A DNA stretch of 64,000 nt from NCBI GenBank assembly GCA_964650525.1, contig CAZYUA010000005.1:48436-112435 (forward strand), given 5' to 3'. Numbering within the stretch: position 1 is the stretch's first letter; every line of letters starts with the position of its first letter. A program made the translations under genes and the position numbers. This DNA is from an uncultured Prolixibacteraceae bacterium (GTDB lineage: Bacteria; Bacteroidota; Bacteroidia; Bacteroidales; Prolixibacteraceae). The notes beneath the pieces were generated by a model that searched no databases, was not told where the DNA came from, and was given only the letters and a program-made list of their open reading frames with translations. Positions 8,745 through 17,770 of this stretch are shown here, piece after piece.

Positions 8745-10619
8745 ATGAGCCGGAAACAACCTGAAGCCCGCAATCCCTGGGCATGGATTCCCACCCTTTA
8801 TTTTGCCGAAGGGATCCCCTACGTTGCTGTCATGACCATCTCGGTCATCCTCTATAAACGGCTCGGCATCTCCAATACCGATATTGCCCTCTACACGAGC
8901 TGGCTCTATCTCCCCTGGGTGATAAAACCCTTCTGGAGTCCTTTTGTAGATATCTTCAGGACAAAAAGGTGGTGGATTCTGATCATGCAGGTACTGATCG
9001 GTGCAGGCCTTGCAGGGGTTGCCTTTTTTATTCCTGTACCTTTTTTCTTTAAGGCGACCCTGTCGGTTTTTTGGCTGGTAGCTTTCAGTTCAGCCACTCA
9101 CGACATTGCTGCTGACGGTTTTTACATGCTGGCCCTTGATACCCACCAGCAGTCATTTTATGTGGGCATCCGCAGCACCTTTTACCGGATAGCCGCCATC
9201 ATGGGGCAAGGAATTCTGATCATCCTGGCCGGCTTTCTGGAAACTTCCACGGGCCTGGAACCGGTAATCCTCAAGGTTAAGGCGGCACCCGGTGCCGGCG
9301 GGGAGCTCGTGACAACCATTCACCGGCCTGCCAACCAGGACGGAACGGCTGAACAAGCTGCGTTTACGGCCTGGCCGGAGACCATCCGGATGAATACAGG
9401 AACCATCCCCGGAGACAGTGCTTCAGAAATCAAACTCTTTGCCTCAGAACAAAACCAGTTGAACGGATTTGTGCCGGTGCAGGAGAACAGAAATGCACAG
9501 GTTACCGTCACCAGCCGGTCGTGGTGGTCATCTCATATTTCCGGCCCTCTGGGAGCCTGGATCAGGCAACATTTCGGAGAAAACAAAGCACCGGTGGCAG
9601 AATTGGCCAATCCGGGGAACCTAGCCTTGGTGCAAGTACACCTGAACCGCCCCCCCGAAACCGGTAAAACAAGGGTTTTGGTCTTCCGGTTCGATAAAGG
9701 AGATAAAAGTATTGCCCTTGCTGGTAACGACCGGTTTACCTTTACCGAACACAATTGGGACAAACCTGCCTGGGTTGTTATTCAGGCCGATCCTAAACTG
9801 ACCCGTGCTACCGCTGCTTCCTTGAAGGGTAGTTCAGGGAATATTCCCCTGGCCTGGTCGATCACGTTTTTTATTATGGCGGGCCTGTTCATTGCCTTCT
9901 TTGCCTACCACCGCTTCGCTTTGCCACGGCCGGAATCCGACAAACCGGCTGCCGAAGCTACGATTTCCAACATCATCAGAGGATTTGCCGCTGCTTTCAG
10001 CACCTTCTTTCAAAAGAAACAGGTTGCCGCCGGCATTTTCTTTATGCTCACCTACCGGTTTGCCGAAGCCCAGTTGTTGAAGCTGGTCACCCCGTTTCTT
10101 CTTGACCCCGCAGAAGTGGGCGGTCTTGGCCTGACCACCGGGGAGGTAGGACTGGTTTATGGCACCGTCGGTATCATCAGCCTGACCATCGGAGGAATCA
10201 TCGGCGGGATCCTTGCTGCACGCGGTGGATTGAAAAAATGGCTCTGGCCCATGGCTCTCAGCATGATCCTTACCGCAGCCACCTTCCTGTACCTCGCCTG
10301 CGTCATGCCCGGTAACCTGCTTGTCATCAACATCTGTGTGGCTCTCGAACAATTCGGATACGGCTTCGGATTTACTGCCTACATGATGTACCTCATCTAC
10401 TATGCCATGGGAGAATTTAAAACTTCGCACTATGCCATCTGCACCGCTTTTATGGCCCTGGGAATGATGATTCCCGGGATGTTCGCCGGATGGCTGCAGG
10501 AACTGCTCGGATACCGCCACTTTTTCCTGTGGGTGATGATTTGCAGCATCATACCTCTCCTGGCTACCTCCCTGTTGAAAATCGACCCGGCTTTCGGCAA
10601 AAAACCGAAAGAATCCTGA
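8745..10619 (+). CDS. ampG: AmpG-family MFS permease (muropeptide-type transporter) with a large internal hydrophilic insert
   Basis: AmpG-like N-terminus (WAWIPTLYFAEGIPY, LPWVIKPFWSPFVDIF) with multiple hydrophobic segments on both sides. Residues about 168-366 are hydrophilic and not expected in a 12-TM MFS core. Confidence 0.75.
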   Translation: MSRKQPEARNPWAWIPTLYFAEGIPYVAVMTISVILYKRLGISNTDIALYTSWLYLPWVIKPFWSPFVDIFRTKRWWILIMQVLIGAGLAGVAFFIPVPFFFKATLSVFWLVAFSSATHDIAADGFYMLALDTHQQSFYVGIRSTFYRIAAIMGQGILIILAGFLETSTGLEPVILKVKAAPGAGGELVTTIHRPANQDGTAEQAAFTAWPETIRMNTGTIPGDSASEIKLFASEQNQLNGFVPVQENRNAQVTVTSRSWWSSHISGPLGAWIRQHFGENKAPVAELANPGNLALVQVHLNRPPETGKTRVLVFRFDKGDKSIALAGNDRFTFTEHNWDKPAWVVIQADPKLTRATAASLKGSSGNIPLAWSITFFIMAGLFIAFFAYHRFALPRPESDKPAAEATISNIIRGFAAAFSTFFQKKQVAAGIFFMLTYRFAEAQLLKLVTPFLLDPAEVGGLGLTTGEVGLVYGTVGIISLTIGGIIGGILAARGGLKKWLWPMALSMILTAATFLYLACVMPGNLLVINICVALEQFGYGFGFTAYMMYLIYYAMGEFKTSHYAICTAFMALGMMIPGMFAGWLQELLGYRHFFLWVMICSIIPLLATSLLKIDPAFGKKPKES

Positions 10620-10805
10620 GCCATTTCGTATATGCAGGATTTTTCATATTTTTACCGCTTCTAAATAAGAGAAAACCGGACAGGACCCTACAGCCCAGGG
10701 TGATGCTTTTCACTTTCACCGGTTCCTGATGTCCGGCAGTAGAGTAATTGGTCGCCGGCAGTTATTCTTTTCCTGTAAAGAGGGCCCGGCTGCAAAATAA
10801 ACAGT

Positions 10806-11969
10806 ATGAAGATACAAACGAAACCTTATGTATGGACTCTCCTGCTTCTGGGGATTGCTGCTTCCGCAGGAGCCCAGGAAACCTACCGGGAGGTTCAGAC
10901 CGACAAAAAATCAGAGGTTTACGAGAGCAAAGGGTTTTACCCGGTAAAGACCTATTCTCCGGAATTCAGGTCCCGGCGCCCCAAAAATGTGGTTTTGATG
11001 ATCGGCGACGGAATGGGAGTCAGCCATGTATTTGCCGGGATTACCGCGAATGGTGGCCATCTCTTTCTTGATAATTTCAGGCATGCAGGGTTTTTAAAAA
11101 CCCAGTCGGCCGACCATTACATCACCGATTCGGCGGCCGCCTCGACCGCTTATGCCACCGGGCAAAGGACAAACAACGGCGCCCTTTCTGTGGATACCCT
11201 GAACAGACCCATGAAAACAATACTGCAAGAAGCGGAAGAGCAGGGTTTGGCAACAGGCCTGGTTTCCACCTCGGCGATCACCCATGCCACTCCCGCTGCG
11301 TTTGTTGCCCATCAGGGCAGGCGCAGTACCTACGAAGCCATCGCGGCCGACTTTTTACTTACTGATATCGACGTGTTTATCGGGGGTGGATTTAAACATT
11401 TTAACGACCGGGAGGACGGTCGGGATCTCATTGCTGAACTCAGGAACAAAGGATACCAGGTATTGCAGACCATGGATGAGATTGCAGCTGTCAGGTCAGG
11501 CAAACTGGCCGGGCTCACCGCTGCTGAACATATGGAACAGGTCGCCCAAAGAGGAGATATGCTGCCGGTGGCCACCCGGACAGCCCTGCAAATTCTTTCA
11601 AATAACAAAAAAGGATTCTTTGCCATGATCGAAGGTGCCCAGATCGATTGGGGCGGACATCAGAACAGCATTAACTTCATTGTAAATGAAATGCTGGATT
11701 TCGACAGAGCCATCGGGGAAGTATTGGAATTTGCAGCACGCGACGGGCGAACGCTGGTGATCGTTACTTCCGATCATGAAACTGGCGGCCTCGCCGTGAC
11801 AGCAGGAGATATCGCCGCCGGAAAGGTCAAAGGTGCCTATACCGGCACCGGGCATACTGCCGTAATGGTTCCCCTCTTCGCTTTCGGACCGGGAGCAGAC
11901 CAGTTCTCCGGCATATGGGATAATACCGATATCCACAGAAAAATCAGGAAATTACTCCTTAAAAAGTAA
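10806..11969 (+). CDS. alkaline phosphatase (PhoA family), secreted
   Basis: Signal peptide (WTLLLLGIAASAGAQ). MIGDGMG metal-site block, active-site serine block TDSAAASTAYATG, and DWGGH / TSDHETGG blocks. Confidence 0.85.
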   Translation: MKIQTKPYVWTLLLLGIAASAGAQETYREVQTDKKSEVYESKGFYPVKTYSPEFRSRRPKNVVLMIGDGMGVSHVFAGITANGGHLFLDNFRHAGFLKTQSADHYITDSAAASTAYATGQRTNNGALSVDTLNRPMKTILQEAEEQGLATGLVSTSAITHATPAAFVAHQGRRSTYEAIAADFLLTDIDVFIGGGFKHFNDREDGRDLIAELRNKGYQVLQTMDEIAAVRSGKLAGLTAAEHMEQVAQRGDMLPVATRTALQILSNNKKGFFAMIEGAQIDWGGHQNSINFIVNEMLDFDRAIGEVLEFAARDGRTLVIVTSDHETGGLAVTAGDIAAGKVKGAYTGTGHTAVMVPLFAFGPGADQFSGIWDNTDIHRKIRKLLLKK

Positions 11970-11975
11970 CGCTCC

Positions 11976-13331
11976 ATGGGTGGAAAATGGTCGCTGGGTT
12001 ACTGGTTTTTCAGAGGGTATGTTTCTTTTGCCTGGTGGCTTTTCCACCGCAAAATAATGGTTGTCGGCAGAGAAAACATCCCCCGGAATAAACCGGTGAT
12101 CTATGCTCCCAACCATCCCAACGCCTTGAACGACGACCTGGCCATTGTCTGTTCCGTACGCCATCAGGTGGTGTGGCTGGGCCGGGCCGACCTTTTTAAC
12201 AGTGCACTGGCCCGTCCCTTTCTGAAATTCCTGAAAATTATCCCCGTCTACCGGATACGCGACGGAAAGGAAAATCTTTCCAGAAATGAGCAAACTTTCG
12301 CCACCGCTGTAGAACTCCTCAAAAAAAACCAGGCAATCGGGCTGTATCCCGAAGCAGCCCACTCCGAAAACCGCCGGATGCTGCCCCACAAAAAGGGTAT
12401 CCCCCGGATTGTTTCCCAGGCAGGGAAAATGACCGGTTATACGCTCGACATTCACATCGTTCCCGTTGGAATCTATTTTGACCGGTATCAGGAGTTCGGC
12501 CGAAGACTGCTGATAATATACGGCAAACCGGTTAAAGCTTCCGACTACTACGGAAAATATCAGGTCAACGACCAGACGGCTACGATAGCTTTGCGCGACG
12601 ATCTTTTCCGTGCAATCCTTCCGCTGACCCTGAACTTCAGTCCCGGCAATCACTACCAGGGCTTCGAGGCACTCCGCGAAATACTTTCAAAACCATTGCT
12701 CCGGAAATCAGGAAAACCCGAAAACCTGTACAACCGCCTTCTTACTGATCAGCAAATCATGGAAACCCTGGGCCGGATCGAGGCCGAAGATCCAACCAAA
12801 GCCGCCCTTCTGGCCGGAAAAGCCCTGCACCTGACCGAAAAACTCAAGGCGTTGGGTTTACGCAACTGGCTGATTGACAAACCGGAAGAGAAAACAGGAA
12901 AAATGTGGCTCCGCATATTTTTCCTCGCAATGACCACTCCGGTGTTTGCCTTTGGGTTCTTGATGAATTTCCTGCCATTCTTCCTGCTCGATAGCCTGGT
13001 GAAGAGGAAAGTCAAAAAGGAGATCTTCAGAAGTACCTTTTCCTTTGCCTTGGGGATCTTCCTCTTTCCCATGGTATACCTGCTCGAAATAGCAGCGCTT
13101 TCACCCTTTTTACCGGGGTTGGGTTTCAAGCTGTTGTTCCTGGCATCCCTGCCCTTTTCCGGGAAATTTGCCTGGCACTGGGTTATCCTTTTCCGGAAAA
13201 CCGCCGGCAGATGGCGCTGGATGCGCATAAAGCGGACGAACCCATCGTTATACCAGGAAGTTCACAAAGAGAAATACGAAATTACAAACGCCGTATTGGG
13301 TAATGGCGGCCATCCCGGCATCTCCGGTTAG
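11976..13331 (+). CDS. PlsC-like phospholipid/glycerol acyltransferase with C-terminal membrane domain
   Basis: Acyltransferase block I variant YAPNHPNALNDD and block III-like IGLYPEAAHSE. Hydrophobic segments lie near the C-terminus. Starts 6 nt after the phosphatase stop. Confidence 0.65.
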   Translation: MGGKWSLGYWFFRGYVSFAWWLFHRKIMVVGRENIPRNKPVIYAPNHPNALNDDLAIVCSVRHQVVWLGRADLFNSALARPFLKFLKIIPVYRIRDGKENLSRNEQTFATAVELLKKNQAIGLYPEAAHSENRRMLPHKKGIPRIVSQAGKMTGYTLDIHIVPVGIYFDRYQEFGRRLLIIYGKPVKASDYYGKYQVNDQTATIALRDDLFRAILPLTLNFSPGNHYQGFEALREILSKPLLRKSGKPENLYNRLLTDQQIMETLGRIEAEDPTKAALLAGKALHLTEKLKALGLRNWLIDKPEEKTGKMWLRIFFLAMTTPVFAFGFLMNFLPFFLLDSLVKRKVKKEIFRSTFSFALGIFLFPMVYLLEIAALSPFLPGLGFKLLFLASLPFSGKFAWHWVILFRKTAGRWRWMRIKRTNPSLYQEVHKEKYEITNAVLGNGGHPGISG

Positions 13332-13346
13332 AAGGGAAGAACGGCA

Positions 13347-14669
13347 TCAGCGGCGTTTTTGTTTCCGGCTGCTGCCCGGTTTGCCGGCACTCCTCCCGGG
13401 AACTTTTTCTGACTGGTTTGCGGGCCTCTTTTTCTTCTGGTGAAAGGCTCCCCTGAAAGTCGGGTCGTCTATTTTCCGCTGACGGTCTATTTCCCGTTTC
13501 TGCCGCTGCCTCTCCTCAAAGGAAGTTTCGGGTACTGCTACCCCCTCAGGAAGTACCCCCAAGGGTATCTCCATACGGATCATCGTTTCTATTTGCCGGA
13601 GGTGCCAGACCTCATCCGGAGTCACCAGCGTGATCGCTGTACCACCCTTCCCAGCCCTGGCTGTCCGCCCGATCCGGTGAATATAATCCTCATAGTGGGG
13701 AGGTATGTCAAAATTGATTACATGGGTCACCAGGCTTGCATCAAGGCCACGTGCCGACAAATCGGTGGTGATCAGAATCCTGATCTCCCCGTTCTTAAAG
13801 GCACGGATGGTGTTGAGCCGCGAAGACTGTCCCTTGTTGGAATGCATGATCCGCTTTTCTCCCTCCGTTTTACGCCGAATTACCTTATAAACGTCTTCGG
13901 CAGACGCCTTGGTTTTTACAAACAGGATGACGCGGGAATACATCGCCTCATCCTGCAAAAGAAATTTTACCAGATTCAGTTTGGAATGGTAATTCGGCAC
14001 CGGGTAAACAAGCTGCCTGACCTGTTTGACCGGCGTGGCCGATGGGGCGACCTCCACTTTTTCGTAGTAGTCAAGGAATGCCTCGGCCAGTTTTTCAACC
14101 TTTTCCGGGAAAGTGGCGCTGAAAAGCAGGTTCTGCCGCCTGGAGGGGATGATTTCAAACAACTGCTGCAACTGGGGAAGAAAACCCATATCGAGCATCC
14201 GGTCTGCTTCATCAATGACCAGGTACTTCACCTTCCGGAACGCCACGGCACCGGCCTGGTATAGGTCCCACAACCGTCCCGGCGTTGCCACCAGGAGGTC
14301 CACACCCGGAACCAACAACTCCGCATGTTTAGTCCAGCCTACACCTCCATAAACAGCAGCATGCCTTAAACCGGAATATACCGTCAACTCTTTAATGTCT
14401 TCACCTACCTGCACCGATAATTCCCGGGTGGGTACCAGCACAATACAACGCGGCTCAGTCCCTTCCGGCTTCACCAGCTTCGTAAGTAACGGCAAAAGAT
14501 AGGCGGCTGTCTTCCCTGTGCCGGTCTGCGCTATTCCCACGATATGTACCCCCGAGTTGATAACCGGGATCGCCTGTTCCTGGACCGGTGTCGGCTCCTG
14601 AAAACCAATTTCTTCCAAAACCTTTAACAAGGAACCCGCAACTTTCAGCTCCTTAAAACTTTTTCCCAT
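13347..14669 (-). CDS. DEAD-box ATP-dependent RNA helicase
   Basis: Q-motif region GFQEPTPVQ, Walker A AQTGTGKT, VIDEADRMLD, SAT, and HRIGRTARAG. Basic C-terminal tail. Confidence 0.9.
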   Translation of the reverse strand: MGKSFKELKVAGSLLKVLEEIGFQEPTPVQEQAIPVINSGVHIVGIAQTGTGKTAAYLLPLLTKLVKPEGTEPRCIVLVPTRELSVQVGEDIKELTVYSGLRHAAVYGGVGWTKHAELLVPGVDLLVATPGRLWDLYQAGAVAFRKVKYLVIDEADRMLDMGFLPQLQQLFEIIPSRRQNLLFSATFPEKVEKLAEAFLDYYEKVEVAPSATPVKQVRQLVYPVPNYHSKLNLVKFLLQDEAMYSRVILFVKTKASAEDVYKVIRRKTEGEKRIMHSNKGQSSRLNTIRAFKNGEIRILITTDLSARGLDASLVTHVINFDIPPHYEDYIHRIGRTARAGKGGTAITLVTPDEVWHLRQIETMIRMEIPLGVLPEGVAVPETSFEERQRQKREIDRQRKIDDPTFRGAFHQKKKRPANQSEKVPGRSAGKPGSSRKQKRR

Positions 14670-15017
14670 CCGGCAAAGATATATCTTATTGAATCAGAAC
14701 ACCGACACATGCGGGATTCTCTCCCTTATCCCCGCCCGCGACAACCTGTGAAATCTGCGGAATTTGCTTCTGTGCCCGAATAGACAAAGACCTCCAGGGG
14801 AAATCTGAGTTTCCGGCTTTCCCGGTTGAAGGAGACCGGCTATGTCAGGAAAAAATCCTTCCGGGGCACCTACCCTCAGACAACCTTGTTAATGTCTGAA
14901 ACGGGGAAGAAGGCTTTTGAGGATTATGGGACCTCCCTAACCGGTTATCCGGAAATTATGGAAAGGAGCAGGAATCGTCCCGGATAGCAGGACCTTTCGT
15001 GCACACCGGCATCCGGA

Positions 15018-16127
15018 TTACCTTAACCTGTACAGGTTGCCAGGCAGACACTCCACGACCCCTTTGAATTCCAGTTCCAGCAATAGGGAGGAGATGCGGT
15101 TTAACGGCCATTCAAGGGTCCGTGCCAAAGTGTCGATATGCATTTTTTTTTCGCTGTTCAGCAGACCTGTTACTGCTGTTTCATCAGGGGTGAGATTGAT
15201 GAATAGTTGCTGTTGCAGGGGGATTTTCTGTGATGGAGAGACATCCCAGCCAAGGAGGTATTCCAGATCGGAGAGATCTTCGATAAGGGCAGCCACGTTG
15301 GTTTTGATCAGCCGGTTGCAACCCCTGGAATACACATCGCCGGCTCTGCCGGGAAATGCCAGGACATCGCGGTCGTACGATGCAGCCATATCGGCGGTAA
15401 TCAGCGCACCACCCTTAAGTCCCGACTCGATGACGATGGTAGCATCGCTTAATCCGGCAATAAGTCTGTTTCTGCGGATAAAGTTGGAAGGATCGATCCG
15501 GGTCTGACTGGGAAAATCGGTCAGCAGTCCTCCATTTTCCAACATCCGTTGGGCCACCTTCAGGTGGGCAGCCGGATAGAGGGTATCGAGCCCGTGTCCC
15601 ACGACCCCCACTGTCGGGAGGCCAACCTTCAAAGCTGATTTGTGAGCCTGTATGTCAATCCCATATGCCAGACCGCTTACAATCAGACTCTCATATCCTT
15701 TTGCAGCCAGATCGCGGATTAGATTGTCACACACCTGCCTTCCATAATCGGTAGCACTGCGGGTGCCAACAATGCTGATAGCTTTGGCACTGTCGAGGTT
15801 CACCTTTCCTTTCAGGTAGAATACCACGGGAGCATCCTGGCAACGACTGAACCTGCGGGGATAATCCTCATCGAGGTAAAAGAACAGGCGGATTCCGTTT
15901 TTTTCTGCAAACTGAAGTTCTTCTGCTGCCCGGGCAAGTGTTCCCGCTTCCCGGATTCGTCCGGCTATCACCTCACCAATCCCCGGAACCCTGGTAAGTG
16001 TGGTGATTTTTTCCCGGAATATGGCTTCCACACTTCCGGCATGGTTAACCAGGTTCCGCGCCAGTACTCCGCCAATACCGGGAATCATGGAAAGGGCCAC
16101 TTTATATAGCAAGGGTTCGTCAGCCAT
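15018..16127 (-). CDS. dprA: DNA-processing protein DprA (Smf)
   Basis: N-terminal SAM/HhH-like region (IPGIGGVLARNL), Rossmann core SGLAYGIDIQAHKSAL and VVGHGLD..YP, and a C-terminal winged-helix-like tail. Confidence 0.85.
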   Translation of the reverse strand: MADEPLLYKVALSMIPGIGGVLARNLVNHAGSVEAIFREKITTLTRVPGIGEVIAGRIREAGTLARAAEELQFAEKNGIRLFFYLDEDYPRRFSRCQDAPVVFYLKGKVNLDSAKAISIVGTRSATDYGRQVCDNLIRDLAAKGYESLIVSGLAYGIDIQAHKSALKVGLPTVGVVGHGLDTLYPAAHLKVAQRMLENGGLLTDFPSQTRIDPSNFIRRNRLIAGLSDATIVIESGLKGGALITADMAASYDRDVLAFPGRAGDVYSRGCNRLIKTNVAALIEDLSDLEYLLGWDVSPSQKIPLQQQLFINLTPDETAVTGLLNSEKKMHIDTLARTLEWPLNRISSLLLELEFKGVVECLPGNLYRLR

Positions 16128-16148
16128 ATCCGGGAGTTTGGAATGGAT

Positions 16149-16601
16149 TTACCTGCGCAGCAGGTCCCGGAGTCTCCGCTCTATCTTCAGCTGCTCCTCA
16201 CGGCTTACGCCTGTCAGGCTCACCGGGGGATATTCTGCAATCCCCTGTTTGGTTCTGACTACCAGGATAAGGTCCCGGACCAGTCCGCTAAATGATTTCT
16301 CAATAATGAAATCGTGGAGGATATTAACGGGGAACTCTATGCTTTTGTAATCCTTGCGCCCGAATTTAACCGCCGGATAATGCCTGAGGACGACTCTGCC
16401 TGCCTCAACCCCAAACTGGATAAACTGAATGTCGGCCAGCTGGAACACCACAAACCAACCCACCAGTGCCAGTCCGCAAACCAGCGCCAGCAAATCCCTG
16501 CCTGTCAGAATCAAAGCAAAAGTAACCAGAGCCATCAGGATAGCCCCGGGATAAAACACTCTTTTGATTCGCTTAATCTGTGCCGAGTTGTCTGTAATCA
16601 T
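16149..16601 (-). CDS. hypothetical membrane protein (two N-terminal TM segments plus a soluble C-terminal domain)
   Basis: Hydrophobic stretches GAILMALVTFALILTG and LALVCGLALVGWFVVF. No family recognised. Lies 21 nt upstream of dprA on the same strand. Confidence 0.5.
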   Translation of the reverse strand: MITDNSAQIKRIKRVFYPGAILMALVTFALILTGRDLLALVCGLALVGWFVVFQLADIQFIQFGVEAGRVVLRHYPAVKFGRKDYKSIEFPVNILHDFIIEKSFSGLVRDLILVVRTKQGIAEYPPVSLTGVSREEQLKIERRLRDLLRR

Positions 16602-16701
16602 CCTGTTAAAGTTATCAAAATCTGAATTATATCCGGTGTTTTGAAGCGCTATTTTTACGCGGTGAAAAGTTGTTAACTTTATCGCAATTTAGTGAGGAAG
16701 C

Positions 16702-17757
16702 ATGGGAAATACAAACTCAGAAACGGAAATTATTTTTTCCCGTGATGTACACAGCGATTTGGGCAAATGGATTACCCGATACCGCGAGGAAGGGGTATTT
16801 GTGGTTACAGAAGGAACCGTAAACCGGCTCTGGCTTCAGAATGAGGATAGGTGGCTGGCAATTCCCCGCGTGGTTCTGCCGCCGGGGGAGGTAAACAAGA
16901 AACTTACCTCCGTCGAAACGGTCTGGGCTTTTCTGAGCCGCGCAGGAGCCACCCGGAAATCACTGCTTATTAATGTCGGCGGGGGAATGCTCACCGACAT
17001 CGGCGGGTTTGCCGCTTCCACCTTCAAGCGGGGAATCGGTTTTCTGAATATCCCGACCACTTTGCTGGCCCAGGTGGATGCCTCGGTGGGAGGTAAGACC
17101 GGGTTCAACTTCAACGGGCTGAAAAATGAAATTGGAAGTTTTGCTGCCCCGGCAGCGGTTCTCATCTGGACCCCTTTCCTGACCACCCTTGGAAGACAAG
17201 ACCTCCTCTCAGGGTATGCCGAGATGGTGAAACACGGATTGATTTTCAGTCCCCGCCATCTGGAAGAACTCAGGGCTTTTGATACCGGGGCCATGAAGGG
17301 GGAAGACCTCCATGACCTGGTGCGCGATTCAGTAGCGGTGAAAGAACATTTCGTAACCGCGGATCCACAGGAGAGCCATATCCGCAAAGCACTGAACTTC
17401 GGACACACCATAGGGCATGCCTTGGAAAGCCTTGCATTGGATTCCGGAAAGGAGATCCCCCACGGGTATGCTGTTGCCTGGGGGATGATCGCTGAACTCT
17501 TTCTTTCTTCCGTATGTTCCGGTTTTGCCGGAGAGGACAGGACGGAGACCGGTCTTTGGTTAAAAAAACTATACGGCCAACCGCCCTTCAGCCACTCTGA
17601 TTTTGACCGGATCTACGATCGGATGCTTCACGACAAAAAAAATGAGACCGGCCGTATCAACTTCACATTGCTGTCGGCTCCCGGGCAAACCCTCATCAAC
17701 CAGGAGTGCAGCAAACAGGAGATTCTCCGGGCTCTCAATTATCTGCTTACGCTTTGA
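16702..17757 (+). CDS. aroB: 3-dehydroquinate synthase
   Basis: GGGMLTDIGGFAASTFKRGI nucleotide-binding block, DASVGGKTG, and metal-binding FGHTIGHALE. Confidence 0.85.
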   Translation: MGNTNSETEIIFSRDVHSDLGKWITRYREEGVFVVTEGTVNRLWLQNEDRWLAIPRVVLPPGEVNKKLTSVETVWAFLSRAGATRKSLLINVGGGMLTDIGGFAASTFKRGIGFLNIPTTLLAQVDASVGGKTGFNFNGLKNEIGSFAAPAAVLIWTPFLTTLGRQDLLSGYAEMVKHGLIFSPRHLEELRAFDTGAMKGEDLHDLVRDSVAVKEHFVTADPQESHIRKALNFGHTIGHALESLALDSGKEIPHGYAVAWGMIAELFLSSVCSGFAGEDRTETGLWLKKLYGQPPFSHSDFDRIYDRMLHDKKNETGRINFTLLSAPGQTLINQECSKQEILRALNYLLTL

Positions 17758-17770
17758 CACGGATCCGAAA

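Noticed and set aside
9834-10520. 228-aa minus-strand ORF inside the ampG-like gene
   Set aside because: In-phase shadow ORF. The plus strand encodes consecutive TM helices typical of an MFS C-terminal half.
11952-12653. 233-aa minus-strand ORF
   Set aside because: In-phase shadow of the acyltransferase gene, which carries the acyltransferase blocks.
13440-14264. 274-aa plus-strand ORF
   Set aside because: It lies antisense and in phase with the DEAD-box helicase, whose Walker A, DEAD, SAT and HRIGR motifs are all intact on the minus strand.
17603-17770. N-terminal 56-codon extension of the aroA ORF
   Set aside because: It overlaps the 3' end of aroB in another frame and has an unnatural composition (Cys/Arg/Ser-rich). 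The conserved EPSP synthase N-terminus begins shortly after the ATG at 17771.
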